From Deltaproteobacteria bacterium TL4 (GTDB taxonomy: Bacteria > SAR324 > NAC60-12): 42,658 bases of DNA. A program made the position numbers and the translations under genes. The stretch covers positions 1 to 42,658 of the forward strand of contig JBBCAX010000004.1 in assembly GCA_051382335.1 (NCBI GenBank). Reading direction: 5' to 3'. The notes under the pieces were generated by a model. The model had not been told where the DNA came from. It saw only the letters and a program-made list of their open reading frames with translations, and searched no databases. This document shows, piece by piece, positions 26,508-36,973 of the stretch; positions within the stretch are counted from its first letter, which is position 1; each line of letters opens with the position of its first letter.

Positions 26508-27986
26508 TTAAGCATAAACACTCAGCCTTGAACCTTGTCGAACGCGCCGAATGGTTTCAGAAACGGGAATTTCCTTACTCAGTCGTTCCTGTTGCTGAGC
26601 CGCTGTGTAATCCTGCTCAAAGCCACTCGCTTGCTGGTAATTTCTTGCTCCGCTATCAATGTCGACAGAAAATTGCATCTGATCAAAAGCAAAATCTTGC
26701 CCTAAAAAGCGATTTTTCAACTCATTGAAATTAGATTCAACCATATGTTTGGCTTCTAAATTCGCGACTTTCATTTCAACGGTAAGCCGATCGCCTTCTT
26801 GACGTATTTTCATGGTCATTTTGCCTAATTCCTCAGGCTTTAAGTCCAACGTGATTTCTTGGCTTCCCTCTTGGACTTTAATTTTACTGACAATTTGAGT
26901 CACATCAAACGGGGTATCCGCAAGTGCGGCCTGGGGAGAATTTGCTCCGTTAACAACCTTTTCTCCTTGGACTTTGCTAAAGATTGAATGCTCCTTGAAC
27001 GAACTGAGAGGAGCATCAAGAGTCACATCAGAAAGAGCCTCAGCAATCGCCTCATGACTGGCTTGTGCTTCCTCTTCCTTTAAAACAAAAGACTCTTTGG
27101 TTGCCATGAATGCTGAGGCTAATCCTGCAGGGATGCCATCAGACTTGGATTGCGGAATACCCGCCGTATTGCGCATGTTTTGAAGTGTGGTTTGTTGGAT
27201 TTTTAAACTATCCATTTTGTCAATTTCAGGATCAGCCCCTTCGACCATGTTCAAATGTTCTGCGGGCGTTAAAGCCACAGCCTCTTCATCCTTGTTATGT
27301 TTTTTGAGGGTTCGATGAAGCATCTCACTGGTAAAGCGTTGCGCGGGGTTTATCATCGCTTTGGGCGTCACTCCAACGGTATCCTCCTCCAGCAATTCCG
27401 ATTGTTTGATTCCCAACTGTTCGTTGATGGTGATTGCGGCACGCTCCGATTTTTCCAACTCCAGAGGCTTGACTTGGAAACGTGAGTCAGGAGCCTTTGA
27501 CTCCTGCAGGCCATCGGCCGCAGCCAAGCCTTTAAGGTTCGTGTGTAAAATCGCCTTTAAGTCTTTGCCCAAAATTTGAGTTGAGTCCAGGTTCGACTCC
27601 AGTGGCGAGACCATCTCAGGTAGAGAACCCATGTCCTCCATCTCGCCAGGAATCTCAAAAGTTGTATTTGGAACGTCACGAATCTGATAGTTGATCGGCA
27701 CCATCAGTGCGGACAATTCCATGTTTTGATCCGTTAACAAAAGTTCATCCCCTTCAATTAGGGAAAGGTCCTCATTTTCTGCAGATACAGAGAGTTTCGT
27801 TGGTAGGGGAAATGCGGCTAAAAGTAAGGCTTCTTGGCTCAGATCTTCATCCGCCGTATCGTCAAGCGCATTTAATTCACCTTCAAAACTCATTCCGGTT
27901 TTTGGTGAATTAGCTGCGACACGAGGTATCCCCGAACTCTGTACACTTGAACCGGGTACAAGAGCTGGAATCATTTTTTTCCTCAA
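26508..27986 (-). CDS. fliK: Hook-length control protein
   Basis: C-terminal LKPEELG motif, low-complexity N-terminus, upstream of flgD; start uncertain. Confidence 0.85.
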   Translation of the reverse strand: MRKKMIPALVPGSSVQSSGIPRVAANSPKTGMSFEGELNALDDTADEDLSQEALLLAAFPLPTKLSVSAENEDLSLIEGDELLLTDQNMELSALMVPINYQIRDVPNTTFEIPGEMEDMGSLPEMVSPLESNLDSTQILGKDLKAILHTNLKGLAAADGLQESKAPDSRFQVKPLELEKSERAAITINEQLGIKQSELLEEDTVGVTPKAMINPAQRFTSEMLHRTLKKHNKDEEAVALTPAEHLNMVEGADPEIDKMDSLKIQQTTLQNMRNTAGIPQSKSDGIPAGLASAFMATKESFVLKEEEAQASHEAIAEALSDVTLDAPLSSFKEHSIFSKVQGEKVVNGANSPQAALADTPFDVTQIVSKIKVQEGSQEITLDLKPEELGKMTMKIRQEGDRLTVEMKVANLEAKHMVESNFNELKNRFLGQDFAFDQMQFSVDIDSGARNYQQASGFEQDYTAAQQQERLSKEIPVSETIRRVRQGSRLSVYA

Positions 27987-28062
27987 GATTTATTAATTGA
28001 GACCGATATAAAGACTATCCGATGAGTGAAAATGATTTTCTTCCATGAAAATCAAGAGTGTT

Positions 28063-28668
28063 TTATTTTTTAAGTGTCATGCCTTGAATCAACTCTGCCG
28101 CTTTGCTGGGTTTCATGTTCGCTAAAATTTCTGAGGCTTTCTTGTCTTTCAGCTTCATTAATATTTTAATAGCGGTTTTGGCCTCGAGTTCTGCAATGGA
28201 CAGAGCGGCTTTGGGCGCTTCCATTTTATCATAAAGGGCAACCGCCTTATTAAACTGCTCATTATCCAGAATTTTCTTGGTTTCAATATCCTTTCCTATT
28301 TTTTGCTGCACCAGCTCCAGTTGTACAATTTGATTTTGAATGTCTTCCTGAAGTGCTTTTAATTGAGCTTCACGCTGATTCAGTAAACCTTCTTTTAACT
28401 GCATCTGCTTTTGCTGCTCCAGCAGACGGGTTAGAACTTCTTTTTCACTTTGCGTGAAATTTTGAAGTTTTGCTTCCTCGTCATCTTTCTCAATTTTTTG
28501 CTGGGCTTCTGTTTTTTTCTCTCCAGCACAGAACGTCATGTTGAACTTGCCGCATAACTCTTCAATTTTCTTTGGTATGCTATAAACGGGCCGCGCTGTA
28601 AAAAGGAACAGCGTCATGACACATACCCCACTGATAAATAAATTAAATCTATTAAAATTAGACATCAT
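28063..28668 (-). CDS. MotE/MgtE-N-like flagellar protein
   Basis: N-terminal TM, coiled coil, YDKMEAPKAA...ILANMKPSKAA repeats; between fliJ and fliK. Confidence 0.75.
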   Translation of the reverse strand: MMSNFNRFNLFISGVCVMTLFLFTARPVYSIPKKIEELCGKFNMTFCAGEKKTEAQQKIEKDDEEAKLQNFTQSEKEVLTRLLEQQKQMQLKEGLLNQREAQLKALQEDIQNQIVQLELVQQKIGKDIETKKILDNEQFNKAVALYDKMEAPKAALSIAELEAKTAIKILMKLKDKKASEILANMKPSKAAELIQGMTLKK

Positions 28669-28725
28669 GGCAGAAACATCATTTATGATTTGGCCTTGCC
28701 TCTAGTGGCATGGCGGAAAAATTGA

Positions 28726-29169
28726 TCAGGTTTGTTTCGTAAAACGGTGACGGTTTATGGCAATTTCATCCATCTCTGAGCGTTCTAAATACTCCATTTT
28801 TTCTTTGTAGCGCTTTTCCTCTTTGCCTTTCAGGATCTCTAATACTTTTTTACCTTGAGCCGCTTTTAATAAGGCCTTTTGCTTCACCGCAAGGACTTGC
28901 TGTTGCTGTCTCATTTGTTCTTTTAAAATCAGAATTCTTTGTTTCGCCCGTTTTTGAAAATTATCGTTGAATCTCAGTTGCATAATGGTAAAGCCTTCCG
29001 ATTTGGAACGATTCACGGCTTGTGAGCTTTGGGCCATTGAGTCTTCAATTCCCAGAATTTCATCCTTGATTTTTTGCACTACTTGCAGTTGCTGCGCAAC
29101 GTCTTTTTGTTTCAATTTTTCAACACGTTCCCGGACGTCTAAAGCGGTTTGTAAACGATAACGTGGCAT
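28726..29169 (-). CDS. fliJ: Flagellar export protein
   Basis: YRLQTALDVR start, EMDEIA end, 147-aa coiled coil. Confidence 0.85.
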   Translation of the reverse strand: MPRYRLQTALDVRERVEKLKQKDVAQQLQVVQKIKDEILGIEDSMAQSSQAVNRSKSEGFTIMQLRFNDNFQKRAKQRILILKEQMRQQQQVLAVKQKALLKAAQGKKVLEILKGKEEKRYKEKMEYLERSEMDEIAINRHRFTKQT

Positions 29170-29322
29170 AAAAACTCCTTCGGTTTAAGCAAGACAGGGA
29201 CCCTGTTTAAAAACCATTCAACCATCGTACCATCTCACGCACAACCTCCGTTTCTATCTGTTTCATAAGTTCAACGGCTGGCAAATTGGGGCTCAAACGG
29301 GAGCTGTCCGAGAATGAGTTTT

Positions 29323-29407
29323 GTAGGGTGCGCTTAAGCGAAGCGAGCACACCAGAAAACGGCTGTCTTCTTTGTGGTGCGCTCGCTTCGCTTAAGCGGC
29401 ACCCTAC
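29323..29407. repeat. REP doublet (REPIN-like)
   Basis: GTAGGGTGCGCTTAAGCGAAGCGAGC ... GCTCGCTTCGCTTAAGCGGCACCCTAC. Confidence 0.85.
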
Positions 29408-29708
29408 TGAGGCTCAACGCTGGAATGATGACGATCGCACCAAGGATTAAAACAATAATGATCTCGTTTTTGTTCCGATATTTCGTGTCCGTAATCGTTA
29501 GACGTGCTCGTGAACGAATTGAAAGGGTTCGAGCACGAGCACGATTCACGGAGACAAAAATGAAAACACTGCTTTTGTCTGAAAACAGACAGAGACCAGG
29601 TCCTTGAACACTGGATGCTTGAACGTTTGTTCCTCCCAAGATTTGTGGAGAACGACAGAACGACAAAGTATTCCCAGATTAGCGTTGAAAATAGTCTTCG
29701 GATGATGT

Positions 29709-29812
29709 TATAGATGTCCAGAAAAGTTTTGTCCTGGGAGCGAGGGCGTCCCGCCCTCCGGTGAGGGCAAGAGGCCCTCGCTCCCAGCACAAAATACTTT
29801 TCTGAAACACTA
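29709..29812. mobile_element. MITE family A copy 2
   Basis: Core nearly identical to 14826-14930; TA ends. Confidence 0.85.
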
Positions 29813-29832
29813 CAGAATGGAACCTACAAAAT

Positions 29833-32800
29833 ATGAAATACCCTCAGCATTTTTCAAAACATCAAGAATTCAACTTATGGCATCCTCAAACCTCTCAAAA
29901 TGTATTTAATTATTCCGACGGAACAGAAACAGAGAACTATATTGAAGCCTGTGTTCGGAACGCGAAGGATTTGGGAACCCACTCTCCTGAGTTAGTCGCG
30001 GCAATTCGGGATTGGCCGTCCCATTACCACTTTTCGCCTATGCGCAGCAATCTGCTACGCCCCTTTCAATGGAAAGATTGTCGCTCTGTATTGGAATTAG
30101 GCGCGGGCTGTGGGAGTTTAACCCGTTATCTTGGAGAAAATGTACCAGAGGTTGTTGCCATCGAAGGGAGTCCTAAACGGGCTCTGATCGCTGCCTTGCG
30201 TTGTCAGGATCTGCCCCGTGTTTCTGTCATTTGCAATAATTTTCAAGACACTCAATTCGATAGAAAATTCGAGATCGTTACTTTGATTGGTGTGCTCGAA
30301 TATAGTGGCACGTATATCAACGCCAAGTCACCCTATCAAACTGTTTTGGAATTGGCACAGCAGCATTTGACTGAGGAGGGGATTGTCATCCTCGCCATTG
30401 AAAATCAGTTAGGACTGAAATACTTTGACGGTTGTGTTGAGGAACATACAGGGGTGACCTATAAAGGGATTGAGGGCTATGATTCGAGGACACCTATGCG
30501 TACTTTTGGTAAAAAACAATTAACACAATTGCTCCAATCCGCAGGCTTGGAATGCATGGAATTTCTCTACCCCTTCCCTGATTACAAATTGCCACAGGGG
30601 GTCATGAAAACTTCAAGCCCTGACTATCAAAATCACCCTCCCTTTTTATACCAATGGCTGAGTTATGGTGGATCTGAAAATTATGGCAATTCACGCGTCA
30701 AAGGTTTTCAGGAATTTCTCGCGGCCAAAGAGTTAGAGTCCAATGGGTTGCTTGGTGAAACCGCCAATTCCTTTCTGGTTTTGGCAGGCAGATCCCAACG
30801 CACCATCAAGCGGTTTCTCGGATCAAAATGGTTGGTCCGAAAATATAGCGTCAACCGTGCCAAGCCTTATATGACGGAAGTTCAACTTTGTGTCGACAAT
30901 CATCAATTTCAAATCAAACGAAGTCCTCTCTACCCCGAATTACTTGAGCCTAGTATCCAGACCACTCCTTTGGCACACTATGCTTATGAAGAAACTCCGT
31001 TTATTACAGGGACGCCACTGATGGAACATGTCCTCAGAGCCTCAACCGAGTCCATCAACGCTTGGAAAAAAGTGCTTCAACAGTGGCATGATTTTTTAAT
31101 TCAAGAAGCGTCAAAATATGAGATAAAGAAAGGTCATCTTCCTGGTGATTATGTGGATTGTGTTCCGTGGAATTTGATGGAAACCGCAACAGGAGAGTTG
31201 ATTCTATTTGATCGGGAATGGAACTATCGCGAAACGCTGCCGATTGAATACATTTTGTGTAGAGGACTGATTTATATCTATCATTGGCTCTTCCGCTGGT
31301 TGCAGGTAACCTTGTTAGCGCAACTCCCTGAACCCTCACTTCGAAAATTCTGTAATTATTGTTTCAACATGCTCCACTTATCCCTCACAGAGTCACAATG
31401 GAGTAATTATCTTCAATGGGAGTGGGAATTTCAGAAACAAACAAGCCTATATTTGGGACAGGATTTTGAGACTTATCGGCAGAAATTGGAAAACTATGCT
31501 CCGCCTAATTATCCTCGTGAAGCCGCACCCTTGTTAGCGCAACTCAGTACGATTGCGACCCTTTATGACCAGGCGGTTTCAACCCTTGAGCATCAAAACA
31601 AAATCGTTAAGTCTTTGGAAAAAATCAGGAATATCCGCTCCGTAAGCAAGCGCTTAACGCAACGAACGCAGCACACCTTACAGGCTTCTATTTGGATTCC
31701 CTTGGTGGCTCCATTTAAAAAACGCTGGCCTTTTTGGAAAAACCTCTACCAGCAATTTGGCTGGCGTCATGTCATGAAAGAAGTCCTTAAACGTATCCTT
31801 GATCGACTGGGACGTATCGGCTTCAAAGGCTTTGTGGCGATTGTGGACACGTTTCCGGGAATCATCCAAAAAGGCTTAAAGGGCATTCCAATCAGTGATG
31901 ATCCTTATTACTACGTGTGGTTACTGCGTCACTATCCCAAAACCGCAGACCTGAAAAAAAGGCGACAGCAGGTGGATACCTTAAGGTTTCGTCCTCTCAT
32001 TAGTATTGTGATGCCTGTCTATAACCCTCCGGAACGGTTTCTTCGGGAAGCCCTTGAATCGGTACTTCAACAGGCCTATCCCGATTGGGAACTTTGTATT
32101 GCGGATGATGCTTCCACCAAACCTTATGTACACCAACTCCTTGAGCATTACCGCTCACTGGATGCTCGAATTAAAGTTGTGTTTCGCCAGAATAATGGCC
32201 ATATTTCTCAGGCCTCCAATTCCGCTTTGGTCTTGGCAAGTGGCGATTATATCGCACTTTTGGATCATGATGATTTGCTGACGCCCCATGCCTTATATGA
32301 AGTTGCCTCTTTTCTGAATACACATCCTCATGCGGACATGATCTACACCGATGAAGATAAAGTCGATGAACGCAATCGTCTGAAGTCCCCCTATTTCAAA
32401 CCGGACTGGTGTCCGGATTCTTTTTTGACCAAAATGTACACCTGCCACTTGGGAGTTTATCGAAGATCCATGATTCAACAGATTGGCGGTTTTCGCCCGG
32501 GTTATGAAGGTTCTCAAGACTATGATCTGGTCTTGAGATTTACGGAACAAACAGACCAGATTTTTCATATTCCGGAGGTCCTCTATCATTGGCGTATGCA
32601 CAAAGATTCAACAGCGATTGGCCCCGATAATGTGAAACCCTATGCTTTTATAGCGGCAGAAAAGGCACTGGCTGACGCAATGCTCCGCCGCAATGAACCA
32701 GGTACGGTTACCGGCATTCCAAACTTGCTCGGATTTTATCAAATCAGGTACCAGATCAAGTCTTATGAGCGGGTAAGCATTCTCATCCCTACCCGGGACT

Positions 32801-33600
32801 TGAGTCCTATTCTGGACCGGTGTTTACGCTCTATTTTTGAAAAAAGCACCTATCCGAATTATGAAGTCATTTTGATTGATAATGGAAGCACTGAGCCTCA
32901 AACCTTTAAACTGATCGAAAAATGGAAACAGTCCGAACCCCAACGATTTCGGTGCTATCCTTTGGACATCCCCTTCAATTACTCAAAACTTAATAATTTT
33001 GCCGTCTCCCAAAGCACAGGCCGTTACTTGCTCTTTTTGAATAATGATACAGAAGTGCTCACACCCGATTGGATCGACGCGATGGTGGAACAAGCTCAAC
33101 GTCCCTCTATTGGCGCAGTTGGAGGACTCTTGCTCTATCCTGACGGGACCATTCAGCATGCTGGCGTGGTGCTTGGACTCGGAGGCGCTGCGGCTCACAG
33201 TCATCGGGGAGAACTGCCGCTACGACCTGGTTACTTTGGGCAAGTCTGGAGCATCAATAACTATTCCGCGGTAACAGCGGCGTGCCTGATGTGTCGTAGG
33301 GAAGTCTTTGACGAAGTTGGTCATTTTGAAGAAGCGCTTGCGGGACATTATAATGACGTGGATTTATGCCTGAGCATGGTGGCCAAGGGATATCATAATG
33401 TGTATCTGCCTCATGTCAAACTCTCTCATCATGAATCCAAAAGCCGGGGACAAGACAACACTCCTGAAAAGCAAGCACAATTTGTCCATGCCTTTGAGTA
33501 CCTGAGACATAAATGGTATCAATATGTGGAGCATGATCCTTGTTATAGTCCTCATTTAACTCGAGCTCATGAGGATTATCGGATGCGGCTCAAAGGTTAA
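29833..33600 (+). CDS. SAM methyltransferase + tandem GT2 glycosyltransferase fusion
   Basis: LELGAGCG; ISIVMPVYN...LDHDD; VSILIPTRD...FLNNDTEV. Confidence 0.9.
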   Translation: MKYPQHFSKHQEFNLWHPQTSQNVFNYSDGTETENYIEACVRNAKDLGTHSPELVAAIRDWPSHYHFSPMRSNLLRPFQWKDCRSVLELGAGCGSLTRYLGENVPEVVAIEGSPKRALIAALRCQDLPRVSVICNNFQDTQFDRKFEIVTLIGVLEYSGTYINAKSPYQTVLELAQQHLTEEGIVILAIENQLGLKYFDGCVEEHTGVTYKGIEGYDSRTPMRTFGKKQLTQLLQSAGLECMEFLYPFPDYKLPQGVMKTSSPDYQNHPPFLYQWLSYGGSENYGNSRVKGFQEFLAAKELESNGLLGETANSFLVLAGRSQRTIKRFLGSKWLVRKYSVNRAKPYMTEVQLCVDNHQFQIKRSPLYPELLEPSIQTTPLAHYAYEETPFITGTPLMEHVLRASTESINAWKKVLQQWHDFLIQEASKYEIKKGHLPGDYVDCVPWNLMETATGELILFDREWNYRETLPIEYILCRGLIYIYHWLFRWLQVTLLAQLPEPSLRKFCNYCFNMLHLSLTESQWSNYLQWEWEFQKQTSLYLGQDFETYRQKLENYAPPNYPREAAPLLAQLSTIATLYDQAVSTLEHQNKIVKSLEKIRNIRSVSKRLTQRTQHTLQASIWIPLVAPFKKRWPFWKNLYQQFGWRHVMKEVLKRILDRLGRIGFKGFVAIVDTFPGIIQKGLKGIPISDDPYYYVWLLRHYPKTADLKKRRQQVDTLRFRPLISIVMPVYNPPERFLREALESVLQQAYPDWELCIADDASTKPYVHQLLEHYRSLDARIKVVFRQNNGHISQASNSALVLASGDYIALLDHDDLLTPHALYEVASFLNTHPHADMIYTDEDKVDERNRLKSPYFKPDWCPDSFLTKMYTCHLGVYRRSMIQQIGGFRPGYEGSQDYDLVLRFTEQTDQIFHIPEVLYHWRMHKDSTAIGPDNVKPYAFIAAEKALADAMLRRNEPGTVTGIPNLLGFYQIRYQIKSYERVSILIPTRDLSPILDRCLRSIFEKSTYPNYEVILIDNGSTEPQTFKLIEKWKQSEPQRFRCYPLDIPFNYSKLNNFAVSQSTGRYLLFLNNDTEVLTPDWIDAMVEQAQRPSIGAVGGLLLYPDGTIQHAGVVLGLGGAAAHSHRGELPLRPGYFGQVWSINNYSAVTAACLMCRREVFDEVGHFEEALAGHYNDVDLCLSMVAKGYHNVYLPHVKLSHHESKSRGQDNTPEKQAQFVHAFEYLRHKWYQYVEHDPCYSPHLTRAHEDYRMRLKG

Positions 33601-33965
33601 TCCCCAATCAGGCGTTTGACTACAGACAAGGCACTGGGCCCGTCAAAAGGTTTAACAATCCAGGCCCTTACTTTTAAGGGTTTGCATTTCTGTTTGAATT
33701 CAGGGGTATTTTCATTGGTCAAAATCAAGATCTTCACTTCCTGATTTCCCATTTCATGCCTGATCTTGTCCAGCATCGTCATGCCGTCCATTTCAGGCAT
33801 CATGATATCGGTAATAATCAGTTTAATCTTGGAGTCTTTCTTTAATTTGGCAATGCCGTCAAGACCATTAACCGCCGTCACCACATCAATTTGATTTTCT
33901 ACAAGGAATCCCGCAACCGCATTTCTTACGGCACTGGAATCATCTACAACTAATACATCGGCCAT
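33597..33965 (-). CDS. CheY-like single-domain response regulator
   Basis: VLVVDD, TDIMMPEMDG, KPF. Confidence 0.9.
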   Translation of the reverse strand: MADVLVVDDSSAVRNAVAGFLVENQIDVVTAVNGLDGIAKLKKDSKIKLIITDIMMPEMDGMTMLDKIRHEMGNQEVKILILTNENTPEFKQKCKPLKVRAWIVKPFDGPSALSVVKRLIGD

Positions 33966-33995
33966 TCTAAACTCCATCATGTGTTATCAAGACTA

Positions 33996-34099
33996 TATAG
34001 CTGTCCAGAAAAGTTTTGTCCCGGGAATGAGGGCATTTTGCCCGCATCGGAGGGCGGGACGCCCTCGTTCCCAGGACAAAACTTTCCTTGAGCACTATA
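33996..34099. mobile_element. MITE family A copy 3 (inverted)
   Basis: Reverse complement aligns end to end with 14826-14930. Confidence 0.85.
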
Positions 34100-34166
34100 C
34101 TTTATAGCCTTTCATATTGAGAAACACGCCTTGCATGTCAAATTTTTTATCCCGAGTTTGGGCCTT

Positions 34167-35633
<1,467 letters not shown>

Positions 35634-35814
35634 CGGACATTCTCAAAATTGATGTATCGTTATCTAAGGTTCTGCTTGATTCACCCTGTACTGTGTGAAA
35701 CGCTTCAACTGGGTGGTGTTCACGAACTCTCATTTTCCCAGACACTTTGAGGGGGCTGTTTCGCAACCCCTCCTAACAACCCATTCCCGGATAATCACCC
35801 AAGTTTGTGGCTCG

Positions 35815-36750
35815 CTACGGTTCTATTTTTTGCGGAATCAAAAGCGCAATTTCGACTCTACGATTTCCTTGTAAGACTTCAGGCGTCCATTTGTTAATAA
35901 GGGGATGATGGGGGCCGTATCCCGCAATCGATACTCGAGAAGCCCGAAGGCCGACATCATCAATGAGATAACGGGCCACTCTGAGCGCTCGGGCCGTAGA
36001 AAGCTCTAAATTGGTAGGAAACACCTCTTTGAGTTCCACGCTTCTTATTTTTTGATAATCACTATGACCTTCCACCTGAATATCTCTGTTTTTAATCTGC
36101 TTCAAACTTTGGCCTACTTCTTTCAACAACTGAATTCCTGATTCACTCAGGGTGGCCGTAGCAATATCAAATAAAACTTTCTCTTCCAAGCGAACCACGG
36201 TTCTTTCGGAAAATTCTGATATTTTAACTTGTTGCGATTCGATTTCTTTTTTTAAGGAGTTAGTCAGTGCGGTCATCACTGTTTTATTGGTTTTCTGATC
36301 TTTCTGAGGCATTTGTCCTCCGACTCCTTTTTGCATAATCACCATTTTTTGTACCAGAACCGATTTTTCGTCAATTAAGGTACTTTCACGATTCTGCGCC
36401 TGTTCGAGCTGTGTTTTAAGTGCGGCAATCGTATGATTGAGTTCACTTTCACGCTCGATCAACTGTTTCTCACGATTTTGTGCCTGTTCTACCTGTGCGG
36501 TTAGAGTCCCTACGGAGTCTTTGAGGTCTTTAACAGACGGTTGCTGCTCTGCATTCTGAAGTTTATTTTCCGCTTCATGAAGCTGTTGCTTTAGCTCGAA
36601 GAGCTTTGTGGATTGTTCTTCTGCCATTTTTTTATATTTTTCCGCGTCTTCGGATCCACACCCACCCAGTGTCAAAACAAACAGGACCAGTATTAAGGTC
36701 AAAATCTCACAAAATAACAATGATTGAAAACAGGGATGATCACTTTTCAT
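35815..36750 (-). CDS. OmpA/MotB-family peptidoglycan-binding protein with coiled coil, possible lipoprotein
   Basis: LTLGGC, VEGHSD, ELSTARA, NRRVEI; start uncertain. Confidence 0.8.
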   Translation of the reverse strand: MKSDHPCFQSLLFCEILTLILVLFVLTLGGCGSEDAEKYKKMAEEQSTKLFELKQQLHEAENKLQNAEQQPSVKDLKDSVGTLTAQVEQAQNREKQLIERESELNHTIAALKTQLEQAQNRESTLIDEKSVLVQKMVIMQKGVGGQMPQKDQKTNKTVMTALTNSLKKEIESQQVKISEFSERTVVRLEEKVLFDIATATLSESGIQLLKEVGQSLKQIKNRDIQVEGHSDYQKIRSVELKEVFPTNLELSTARALRVARYLIDDVGLRASRVSIAGYGPHHPLINKWTPEVLQGNRRVEIALLIPQKIEP

Positions 36751-36973
36751 TTTAATCTTCCTATAACGAAGGTTATACTCATTCAGGAAGCCCACAATCT
36801 GATCCTTGGACTCCAGAGGTGTTCGGCCATAAAGGTTCAAAGACGCCTCCCTCCTTTTCTAACAACAAAGGAGGACTCTTTAAAGAACCAGCAAGCCCTC
36901 TAAAGGGATTCTTAACAAAAGAAGTGAGGCTTGTCAAAAAGCTTTTTTATAATTGTAGCCTCTGTTGTTTATT

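Noticed and set aside
29217..29232. Sigma-54 promoter for fliJ (minus strand TGGTACGATGGTTGAA)
   Set aside because: The -12 element is GA instead of the conserved GC, too weak to call
29334..29790. Three overlapping short ORFs
   Set aside because: They run through palindromic repeats with no protein motif
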